In this document: piece after piece, positions 9,492 to 18,734 of the stretch
How the letters are laid out: each line of letters begins with the position of its first letter
How positions within the stretch are numbered: the stretch's first letter is position 1
Source: Octopus sinensis
Lineage: Eukaryota
Direction of reading: 5' to 3'
Length of the DNA stretch: 21,328 bases
NCBI RefSeq assembly: GCF_006345805.1
Contig: NW_021823747.1
Coordinates: 1-21,328, forward strand
Notes under the pieces: model-generated
The model's input: only the letters and a program-made list of their open reading frames with translations
What the model was told of the DNA's origin: nothing
Databases searched by the model: none
Program-made: the position numbers and the translations under genes

Positions 9492-9870
9492 CTGTTGCTG
9501 TTGAGTGAACGGTCTTCGTACCAGAGCTCGCAAGATGGGAGAAGTCCGAAACGCGGTCCTTTGCTTTTCGTAAGACCCGCAGAGGAGAAAGCAGGTCAAC
9601 CCCCGACACCGAGAGCATCGATGGATGGATGAATGCGCATCCAGGCTCAGCGGTTGCGTTGGAAGTCGGGGACAAGAAGCAGGAAGAAAGAGTGAGAGAA
9701 AGTTGGGGCGAAAGAGTACAACAGGGGTCGCCACCACCCCCTGACGGAGCCTCGTGGGGCTTTTGGTGTTTTCACTCAATAAACACACACAAAGCTCGGT
9801 CTGGGAATCGAAACCTCGATCCTCCGACCGCGAGTCCGCTGCCCTAACCATTGGGCCATTGCGCCTCCAC
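9492..9870 (-). mobile_element. tRNA-derived SINE, family B, with a GC-rich 3' module
   Basis: Head GTGGAGGCGCAATGGCCCAATGGTTAGGGCAGCGG; box A TGGCCCAATGG (9848-9858), box B GTTTCGATTCC (9804-9814); CAACAG-type tail; TGTTGCTG at both flanks (9493-9500, 9872-9879) may be a TSD. Confidence 0.85.
9530..9564 (+). ncRNA. Type I hammerhead-ribozyme-like relic, antisense within the family B SINE tail
   Basis: GCAAG-ATG-GGA(GAAG)TCC-GAAAC-GCG-GTC-CTTTGC: stem II, GAAA, stem III with GUC site and stem I are present; CUGAUGA core is incomplete. Confidence 0.5.
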
Positions 9871-9907
9871 TTGTTGCTGCTGCTGCTGCTTCTTCTTTTG
9901 TTGAACT

Positions 9908-10099
9908 CACCTTACCCGTGTAGTGCCAACATACGACTTGGTCGATTGAACCATTAACAGTCAAATGTCTTAGCTACTGATAGAATAACAATAACGGTGT
10001 GGTGATGGCAGTAACAGGACACGAACCAACGATGCCCTCAACGTAGCTATCACCACTCCCTGCTTATTATAAGTCACTGATTCAACCACATTGGTTAGT
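9908..10099. repeat. Dispersed duplicate, copy 2 (partner 7018-7203)
   Basis: Same orientation, 2890 bp downstream; carries an extra AATAAC. Confidence 0.95.
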
Positions 10100-10423
10100 A
10101 ACATTTACTGAACTCAGAAATTTGTTGAGCTGCGAGAGCCACGAGTAATGTTTAACACAGAAAAATTTAAAGTTTCAATTGTAGTTTCATTGCACATTAA
10201 CGATTATAAATGGTAAAATAATAATGTTAAGATATTAATCAGACCATATATTATATCGTTTGTAGAAAATCATTCCAGAAAGATATAAAAATAAAACCGT
10301 GTAACAGACCGTCTATTATAACGCCCGTAGTTTATCGTCTCATAGGATATAAGGCAAAGACGTACTAAAAATGAAAATATCAACATCAGTAGAGTAGGGT
10401 ATGGATGGATAGATTTTCAATAT

Positions 10424-10605
10424 TGTTTGTTCCTTGTCGAGCCATGCCTGGCTCATAAGGGTCGGTTTCCTGGTTTCTGCCGGAGCCGCGTAGAGATTAG
10501 GTGTTTTCGCTCATAAACACACACATCACCCAGTCTGAGATTCGAACCCGCGATCCATCGACTGCGAGTCCGCTGCTCTAACCACTAGGTTATTTGCCTC
10601 CACTG
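10424..10605 (-). mobile_element. Short or internally deleted family B SINE with 12-bp TSD
   Basis: Same head as 9870 (GTGGAGGC...GTGGTTAGAGCAGCGGACTCGC; box B GGTTCGAATCT 10538-10548); TSD GATTTTCAATAT at 10412-10423 and 10606-10617. Confidence 0.9.
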
Positions 10606-11017
10606 GATTTTCAATATATTAATTGTTAATTATTGTATAGTTTTGATCTATAGGAATCTACGATTTCTCCGGCGAATTACTATCAATTCGGCACTGGAAG
10701 GGTTGAGCACAAAATGTGGGGCGAAGAATGAAGGAACTAAATTGTAGGTTACGTTTAATCCGGCATTTCATCGTTACTTCCACTCCATACTACTCAACAA
10801 CATTTCGAGTATCATAGAAAATTTCCGCCATTCAGTTTATCGCTTCTAATGTCCGTCATATTTTCTGTGTGAACGTAGGTTTCAAATAATTAACGCTCCC
10901 GCGGTCATGTTTTGCTTCTGAACAAACGTCTGTAAATATATCTCGTCAAAGAAAAGAAAAAAACCCAAAATAAACAAAGAAAAATGAACGTAAATGAAAG
11001 CTTAACACTGTAGCAAA

Positions 11018-11176
11018 TATTATCGACCTCAGTACGTGTCTGTACTTTATTTTATCGACCACGGCGGGATAAAAGGCAAAACTTAGCTCGGTGGAATTTG
11101 AGTTCAGAACGTAGCAAGTCCTACATGCAGTTAAGTATTTTGTCTGACGCGCCAAGAATTCTACCGACTCACCGCC
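11018..11176 (-). mobile_element. tRNA-derived SINE, family C, degenerate copy 1 of stack
   Basis: GGCGGTGAGTCGGTAGAAT head, AACTCAAATTCC box B region, GTCGATAAAATAAAGTAC core. Confidence 0.75.
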
Positions 11177-11231
11177 AAAAAGATTCATATGTAGGCAGAA
11201 GGTCGGCAATTATAAGGAGAGGAACTAGGCA

Positions 11232-11337
11232 ATACCATCGATCCCACAACTTGACATTTGCTATATTTTATCAGCCCCAACTCAGAATCGGAATAAAGCA
11301 TTTTCCGAAGCTCTAACGATTTTGCAGGCTCACCGCC
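11232..11337 (-). mobile_element. SINE family C, deleted and degenerate copy 2 of stack
   Basis: Head GGCGGTGAGCCTGCAAAATCGTTAGAGC...GAAAATGCTT; GGGGCTGATAAAATATAGC core remnant. Confidence 0.65.
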
Positions 11338-11344
11338 TAAAATA

Positions 11345-11562
11345 AAAATGATTTCAAATTTTGGCAAAAGGCCAGCGATTTCGGGGGAGTGAGTGTTAGT
11401 CGACTTCATCGATCCCAGTGTTCAACTGATACTTATTTTATCGACCCTGAAAGGACGAAAGGCAAAGTCAACCCCGGCGGAATTTGAACTCAGAGCGTAA
11501 AGACGAACGAAACTCCGCTAAGCATGTTGTCCGTGTGCTGACGATTCTGCCAGCTCGTCGCC
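11345..11562 (-). mobile_element. SINE family C, near full-length copy 3 of stack
   Basis: Head GGCGACGAGCTGGCAGAATCG, box B GAGTTCAAATTCC (11479-11491), core GGGTCGATAAAATAAGTATCAG, tail GGCCTTTTGCCAAAATTTGAAATC. Confidence 0.9.
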
Positions 11563-11566
11563 TTTC

Positions 11567-11790
11567 AATGATAAAAATCCTTTCTCCTATAGGTACATAG
11601 ACTGAAATTTGTGGGGAGAGGACAAATCGATTACATCGACTCTAGTGTTTCACTGGTACTTAATTTATTGTCCCCGAAAGGTTGAAAGACAAGGTCGATT
11701 CCCTGCTGAATTTGAACCCAGAGCGTAAAGACAGACAAAATGCTCTTAAGCATTTTGTCTGCGCACTAACGATTCTGCGTGCTCGCCGCA
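11567..11790 (-). mobile_element. SINE family C, copy 4 of stack
   Basis: Head GCGGCGAGCACGCAGAATCGTTAG, GGGTTCAAATTC, CTTTCGGGGACAATAAATTAAGTACCAG core. Confidence 0.85.
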
Positions 11791-11792
11791 CT

Positions 11793-12060
11793 AATAATAA
11801 TAATAATAATTCGTTCGTTTATTGGCCACAAGGGCTAACAAAAATCAATTAAAACATTAAGGGATAAAACACAGGACAAAAGTTACAAAGGGTTTTGTCC
11901 ATTTGAAAAAGTCCGTGTACAAAAGCAGGATATCAACGAAATATAAGTAACAATTAAAACTCCCAATAGGGGGAGGCGCTTCGAAAGGTTACTCGTGGAA
12001 AAACCCATAAAAGCCACGGGAGCCTGGTCAAGGGGGGGGGGGTAGAGAGCCCTTTTCTCC
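11793..12060 (-). mobile_element. Probable non-LTR retrotransposon 3' UTR (possibly L1/Tx1-like)
   Basis: Minus strand: T-rich UTR ending GCCCTTGTGGCCAATAAACGAACGAA then (TTA)n; no clear ORF; clade is recall only. Confidence 0.4.
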
Positions 12061-12194
12061 TTTTATATTTCCTTTTAATTTTTCATAGGTGTATTCTCAG
12101 AATTGGCCCGTTCAATTTTTAAAAACATTCACTAAACGACAAATCTGGAGAGGGCGTGCGATTTAGTCATGGAAATCGAGCGCAATAGTTAACG

Positions 12195-12344
12195 GGTACG
12201 TTATTTCATTGACTGCCCACATCCATCGAGGAGATGAAGGGGCAAAGATGACCTTGGTAGATTTGAATCTAGAACATGCAGGGAGAGATCAATATATCTC
12301 AAGGCATTTTCGTCCAACGTCCAATCGATTCGTACCCTCGACCG
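12195..12344 (-). mobile_element. SINE family C, old degenerate copy
   Basis: GAAAATGCCTT...AGATTCAAATCTACCAAGGTCATCTTTGCCCCTTCATC aligns to the family C head and core. Confidence 0.65.
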
Positions 12345-12747
12345 TTTCACGTCGACGTTTTTCCAAACAATATTCAGACAAGAAACATTTTCCATTTTAT
12401 ATAAGAAACACAGAATAAAAGATAGACGATCAGAAAAACAAAGTTACAATTAGTTAATATTAATTAATATATTAACTTAAAAACCAACATAATTTCTGAT
12501 GGTGTCTGCCAATTTCTTGTGTGGTTAAGTGTGATACCTTTATAGAGGTTTGCTGTTGCTGATGTTTTACATTTGTTATTGTTTTTTTTGTTCTTGTTGT
12601 TATTGTAGTTGTTGTTATTGTTGTTCTTGATCCTATTTATTTCCTGATTGGTTGAATCGGAGTTGTAGCAGCCACGTTCGTAGGTTATCGGATTTATATT
12701 GTGATCCCCCTACTGCTCACCATTTATTTCACGGGATGTGTGAGTAC

Positions 12748-13042
12748 GTGTGTGTGTGTGTGTGTGTGTTTGTATACATACATAATATATATATATAGGT
12801 ATATATATATATATATATACATAATATATATTATATATATATCATATATATATACATATGTACATATACATATATATATATACATATATACATACATATA
12901 CATATATATACATATATACATACATATACATATATATACATATACATTATATATATACACACATATATATACATATATATATATATATACACATATATAT
13001 ACTATATATATATATATACACATATATCACATATATATATCA

Positions 13043-13081
<39 letters not shown>

Positions 13082-13175
13082 GTATATATGTATATATATC
13101 GATATATTATGTATCTATATATATCTATAGGTATATATATGTATATATATGTATATGTTATATATATATATATAT

Positions 13176-13217
<42 letters not shown>

Positions 13218-13223
13218 ATATCG

Positions 13224-13284
<61 letters not shown>

Positions 13285-13983
13285 CTATATATATATATAT
13301 ATATATCTATATATATATATATATATTATATATATATATATATATATTATATATTACAAATATATATTATATGCACATTTGTAAGCATATGTATGTACAT
13401 GTAAGCACATATGTGATACATATTACAATTACATAAATATTTATATATACACGTATACGTATTCGTGTATAAATATATACGTATATGCATTATATAGACT
13501 CACGATATATGATTCATATATATATATATATACACGTATAGGTGTTTGTATACGTATGTATATGCGCACGCATACACATATATATATATATACATGTATA
13601 TGACAAGTGTGTATGTATTCACATGTATGACTTACGGGTATATATATATACGTTTGCATATACGCATGTATGACATACGTGTTTGTGTGTATGTATGTAT
13701 GTGTGAGTATATATATATATATATATATACATACATACACACACGTATGTCATATCTATATATATACATACTAGTATGACAAACGCGTGTGTATGTATGT
13801 ATATATATATATACATACTGATGTATATATATCATACGCGTATATATATACATATGTATATACATGTATATACACACATGTATGATATACACGCGCGTGT
13901 ATATATATATATACATATATATATATATACAAAATACTCGTGTATGTATATATGCCCACGCATACACCCAATACACACACATA
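12748..13983. repeat. Compound (TG)n/(TA)n array grading into (TATACG/TACACG)-rich repeats
   Basis: Read directly from sequence. Confidence 0.95.
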
Positions 13984-14350
13984 TTCGTTTGTTTCAAGAA
14001 TTATTTACCTGTTCATGGTTTGTTTCGTAATAGAAGTTGAATTGACTTAACTCTTAGAGAATTCTTAATGTAACATTTGGTGTGATTCTTTGATGAATTG
14101 TCTTTGAGATTTTGCTGTTGTTATTGTTGAGATTATCGCCTATTAACTTCTTCAATGCCATTGTTTCATTCCATCTTTGAGCTTTTTGCTTCCCGACTAT
14201 TATTTTCTTTGTTCTTTTTCCAAAATAGGTCGGTTCTAAGAATATATTTTCTCTATATTAATCTGTAGACGTGGTAACAGAAACATTATTAAGCATTATA
14301 TTTATATATCTACAATATTAGTATATTTTGCGTTCGTATATGTCCTGGCT

Positions 14351-14731
14351 CTTTTCTCGAGAAAAGAGTGAGCTCTTTTGAAATGTGGTGTTACCGCAGA
14401 ATCCTTAGGGTGTCGTGGTCGGAGAGAAGGACGAACAACTGGGTACTAGAAAAGCTCGGTTGCGAGATGACGCTTCGGCGAAACATCATGAAGCGAAAGC
14501 TACGGTTCTTTGGCCACGTCATGCGCCGGGATAGACTTGAGCGAACGATCATAACTGGCAAGGTGAACCGCAGGCGTAAAAGAGGCAGACCACCCACTTC
14601 TTGGCTGAAAGACATCGCAGCCACAGGATTGCCTTTATTCTCAGCTGTCCATGGGGTAGAGGACAGAAGGTGGCAAGACATCGTGATGACCACAGCATCG
14701 CATAGTGCGGCACCTGACTAGGACGAGGATG
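14351..14731 (+). mobile_element. RTE-clade (BovB-like) LINE, 5'-truncated 3' end with 11-bp TSD
   Basis: Stop-free EKRVSSFEMWCYRRILRVSW...RKLRFFGHVMRR...KRGRPPTSWLKDI...DRRWQDIV...PD*; GACGAGGATG tail; TSD ATGTCCTGGCT at 14340-14350 and 14732-14742. Confidence 0.95.
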
Positions 14732-14821
14732 ATGTCCTGGCTTCAATACTGTATTGGCGGCTGGCTCTACTTTTTAGTGTTGTTATTTAGCGTCAGATCA
14801 ATTCTGATTGAGCAGACACAT

Positions 14822-15229
14822 GTTAGTTAGTTAGTTAGTTAATTTGGCTCAAAAGCAAATAGCAAGGCCATGTAGGGGGACATGGAGTTAAGTACAGGGT
14901 GGTGTTCATGTAAAGAGCTCAGGCCACTTGAGGTCAAGGGAGGCTTTGAACCAAGCGGTCGTCGGCATCTTCACCATCTCGTCTGGCAGCTTGTTCCACG
15001 GATCCGCAACCCGGACGGAGAAAGCTCCTCTCCTTCGATTGAGATGAAGTCGTCGCAGGTAGAGCTTTTCGGAATGACCCCGCAGCCGACGCTCTGGAGC
15101 AGGAGTGAAGAACAGCTCTTTCGAGAGGTTACACTTTCCGCTTATGATGCTGTGGGCGAGAATGAGATCACCACGGCGGCGGCGTTTTTCTAGAGAATAA
15201 AGGTCGGGCGTCCTCAGCCTTTCTTCATG
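14822..15229 (-). mobile_element. CR1-clade LINE, 5'-truncated 3' end
   Basis: Minus frame 15229-14906 is open: EERLRTPDLYSLEKRRRRGDLILAH...RGHSEKL...AFSVRVADPWNKLP...FKASLD (CR1 ORF2 C-terminal pattern); (TAAC)n tail; CATGTTA at 14819-14825 and 15226-15232 is a probable TSD. Confidence 0.92.
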
Positions 15230-15475
15230 TTAAAAAGTGTTCTACTAATGAAGATCACGTTCTTTCTTAGACATAGTATACCCTAGAATCCACTGTTTTA
15301 AGGTGGTAGAGAGTCATTTGAGGGAGATTTGGCTGTTATTTATATCAAACTGGACAAACCTATCGATGCTCTTTGATTTGGTAGTTTTATATAATAAATA
15401 ACCAGAGTTGTTCTGGGTCCAACTTCATTCTATTGCTCTCCTCAAAATGTTTGACCTCGTGCCAAAATTATCAGG

Positions 15476-15520
15476 TTTTAAGTTCAAATCCTACCAAGCT
15501 CCACTTTACATTTCATTCAA
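15476..15520 (+). mobile_element. Small degenerate family C SINE fragment
   Basis: AGTTCAAATCCTACCAAGCTCCACTTTACATTTCATTC resembles the box B to core segment. Confidence 0.45.
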
Positions 15521-16086
15521 CCAAAATCATTAGTTACACCAGTATTTTACCATTTCCTTTCAATGAAATGTTAGAAAGTGTTCCTTATCAACTCTTTTCA
15601 AAAACGGGTAATATTGACTGAAAGAGATAATCTCTTTTATTCCTTGGTCGCATTTCCTCATAACAGGAGCACATGTCTTGCAGTTCTTCAATTCTTCTCG
15701 TATGGGTAGAACGATCTTGCTCATTGGATCTAATTTTAGCATGTGAGACTTGACTACCAGGGCTTAAGTAAAGTTTTCACCATATTGAAAATATCGACCT
15801 TTTAAGTAGTACTTAAACAAACTAATATACGATCAGCCATGAGCTGGGCTTTAAGTAGTTGAAATGTAACTGGGGTCATCGTCGACATGTGTGTGTGTGT
15901 GTCTCTCTCACATCACACACATGACACACACATACGTACACACACATACACACACGAGGGCACTTGTTTACATATATACCGCGTAAAATGAGGTACTGCT
16001 GTTAATGACTAACTTGACGTTTCCTTAAATAGAAATTGAAAAAAAAAACAATCATCTGAGATAAAAAAAAATGGAGTGTAAGCAAA

Positions 16087-16158
16087 AGGATCGACAAATA
16101 TCTTGAAGGCTGTGCCCTAGCATGGGTGCGTCTTACTGGTTGAAACCAGTAAAAGAAT
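16087..16158 (+). mobile_element. SINE 3'-tail fragment (family A-like)
   Basis: GGCTGTGCCCTAGCATGG...TTGAAACCAGTAAAAGA resembles the family A tail. Confidence 0.6.
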
Positions 16159-16492
16159 GATGGAAATAGGTAGACATATATAATACAAAATGTCTATCAG
16201 TCAATTGTTCAACGAATAATAGACGACAATATTCTAAAAGTTGTATCTACAATTGATTGCCTTCGATTTTATACCATAGTTAGAGAGTTAGTTACATAGA
16301 CGGTAGCAAAATAATGTTTATGTTCATAAATATAACATGAATATATCACATATATGTGTAATATATTTACATGTGTTTTAACTGAAGAAAGTCTTACGTA
16401 ATGGATGCATTTCCTATTATATATTACATACGGAAACGTACGTATTAATTGATTTCAAAATATCACTATTTGGCTTAACTTCATTATTACAA

Positions 16493-16551
16493 CATACATA
16501 CATACATACATACATACATACATACATACATACATACATACATACATACAT
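16493..16551. repeat. (CATA)n microsatellite
   Basis: Read directly from sequence. Confidence 0.95.
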
Positions 16552-17207
16552 GCATATATCTAGGTATGTCTATCTATTTATTTATACACATACATACTTA
16601 CGCATAATGCGCCCACGTCTACATTTAATATAAACAAAATATATTCTGACCTGTTTCCCCATTTTTTTTTGCGCGTGAAGGAAGTATCCAAGAAAATTCC
16701 ACAAGAAAAACCATTATGGAAATTCAATGATTTACAAATTTTACAGAAATAATGTATTTGCTTGTGGAATTTCTGTGACGAATATTCCTTTACTGCTTTA
16801 CATGTCCAAATATTTTTGCTAAATTTCTATATATTTTTAATATTTTGTTTCCGGCTACAAAGGAATTTTGGTTTTAGCTCTTTGATTTTGAAACAGCAAC
16901 AGCAGCAATAACCAAAAAAATATCTTAGCTAAACGTTTTATTTATTCACTTTTCAAGTTTTGCTTGGTAACGGCCTGTCTTTAATATATTATTTCAAGGG
17001 GTTTTCATTTTAATATCTCTTCTCTCTTTTGCCTGTTTGTGAAATCTTAATCGCAAATAGAACCCTTATTTTTTTTATTGTTCTTATTATTTTGCTTTTA
17101 TTCCTATTAATTTTTTTAATTCAATCCAATGGCTACTCTAGTAATGGTTCTTCAAAATTTATTGCTTGTGTCAGCAATTCTGTTCAAGTTCTTTTGATGA
17201 TCATGTA

Positions 17208-17239
<32 letters not shown>

Positions 17240-17262
17240 TACTATTACTATTATTATTAATA

Positions 17263-17424
17263 CGGCAGTGGATTTGCAGAACCGTCAGATGATCGTACAA
17301 ATTTCTTTGCGGAATTTGTTTCGGCTTCTTACGTTCTCTGCTGAGGTCCACTTTGCCTTTCATCCTTCCGGGGTCGATAAAATGAGTACCAGTCATATAC
17401 TGGGGTCGAAACTGATCGACTGAC
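17263..17424 (+). mobile_element. SINE family C copy, next to (ATT)n
   Basis: CACTTTGCCTTTCATCCTTCCGGGGTCGATAAAATGAGTACCAG...CTGGGGTCGA core. Confidence 0.85.
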
Positions 17425-17516
17425 TTCTTCTCAAAGAGATGTGGCACACGCCTACAACTCTTAAGGAAATCCTCATTCAAAACCATTATTTCATTTCTAT
17501 ATCATTTCTCAATCAC

Positions 17517-17547
<31 letters not shown>

Positions 17548-17779
17548 ATCATCATAGTATTAAGGGTAGTGAGCTGGGAGAAACAGTAGAAGGACCAACC
17601 AAATACTTTATTATAATATGTAGTCACCCCACTGGTTACATTTCCAATATAAATCATACTGTACCAGACTTTACTTTTCAGCTAACAGTAATATATTGAG
17701 GTCAAACCAACCTAATGCACTTCTTAGCCTCATTCCGCATCCCATTATCAAATTTGCGTTATACCCAGCAAAAAAGAGC

Positions 17780-17782
<3 letters not shown>

Positions 17783-17816
<34 letters not shown>

Positions 17817-18108
17817 TGCCCTCGTGTAGTACCAGGCAGTGGCTCTAAATGATTGGATGTGTTAACATGTATGTGTTTTTGTCTTGATGTAAAAGATGGG
17901 CTACAACAAATATGTCCCTTAGAGTGGCTGTCGATATTTGTATCTCTGATCAAGGGCAGAAGTAGTGGGGGAGCACCACAGCCATGTGTTGAGAGGAATT
18001 CTTTAGGGTTTGGATAATTCACCTTTTGGAAACATGGGTGTTTTGTTCAACATCCTTAAACAGCCCTTATTCAGGGAGCTTTTGAGTGGGACGGGCTACT
18101 AGACCTGA
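17783..18108 (-). mobile_element. Interspersed repeat, probable retroelement 3' UTR ending in (TAA)n
   Basis: GC-richer block bounded by (ATT)n arrays; resembles a recalled octopus repeat; family not assigned. Confidence 0.45.
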
Positions 18109-18150
<42 letters not shown>

Positions 18151-18344
18151 GCGGTGGGTTGACAAACAAAAAGTTTTATGATATTTCTTCTGACTCTTTT
18201 CAAGTTCGAATCCCATTGAGGCCAACTTTGCCTTTCCTCCTTTCGGGGGGTCGATAAAATAAATTGCCAGTCAAATACTGGAGTCGATGTAATCGAGAAG
18301 TACCCCTTACCCAAAGTTAAGGCCTTGTGCCTATAATAGCAAGG

Positions 18345-18345
<1 letters not shown>
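18151..18345 (+). mobile_element. SINE family C copy with (ATT)n tail
   Basis: Box B GTTCGAATCC, core CTTTGCCTTTCCTCCTTTCGGGGGGTCGATAAAATAAA, tail GGCCTTGTGCC followed by (ATT)n. Confidence 0.85.
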
Positions 18346-18377
<32 letters not shown>

Positions 18378-18515
18378 GTTATTATCAACATCACCATTAT
18401 CTTGATTATCTTCATTATGTCTCCAAATCTCCATATAAATTAAGCTCTAAACTAAGACCCCTACCTCGAGTTTATAGTTACATAGTTATCCAATCCCCTC
18501 TATTTTAAGTGGTTA

Positions 18516-18594
18516 TTAAAATAAGTACCAGTCAAGCACTGGGGTCGATGGTGAAGACTAATCCCGACGCCTTGAAATTGGCGGCTCCATGCCC
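18516..18594 (+). mobile_element. SINE family C 3' fragment
   Basis: AAAATAAGTACCAGTCAAGCACTGGGGTCGATG. Confidence 0.7.
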
Positions 18595-18734
18595 TTAATC
18601 GGTAAGTTTTACATAGTCTGTGAACTGCAGCGTCGTTAGGGATTTGCTTTTTTTATAGTCCAATGAAAGTTTCATTGCAATTCTGAAGGCCAGAGTATGT
18701 TTAACCCGATGAAAGGGACTTCACTCGTAAAGTA

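Noticed and set aside
9562-9604. HDV-like ribozyme on the minus strand (UCCUC loop, CGAA before a P2-like helix)
   Set aside because: Only 10 nt lie between the strands of the 7-bp helix, too few for P2, P3 and L3; no P1.1 GG
9451-9851. Protein-like ORFs 9451..9675, 9486..9851 and 9629..9847
   Set aside because: They lie largely within the GC-rich family B SINE
9804-9870. tRNA-like sequences (also at 1440-1511, 10538-10605, 11479-11562, 21294-21328)
   Set aside because: They have box A/B but no complete cloverleaf and continue into SINE bodies; SINE heads, not tRNA genes
7018-10099. The duplicated module as a pair of LTRs
   Set aside because: No TG...CA ends, PBS, PPT or gag/pol remnants; interior is microsatellite and SINE
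12335-12385. Other GAAAC-N-GUH strings (minus 12340-12350; plus 16428-16443)
   Set aside because: No adjacent CUGANGA-like core with a plausible stem II
2575-13997. Long ORFs rich in Y/I/H/C/V (e.g. 8171..9010, 8023..8763, 12701..13216)
   Set aside because: Translations of (TA)n/(CA)n arrays, which lack stop codons by composition; open on both strands and in several frames
14010-14260. Minus-strand exon candidate ending at a CAG/GTAAAT donor
   Set aside because: The long open frame stops before the donor; no supported acceptor/frame combination
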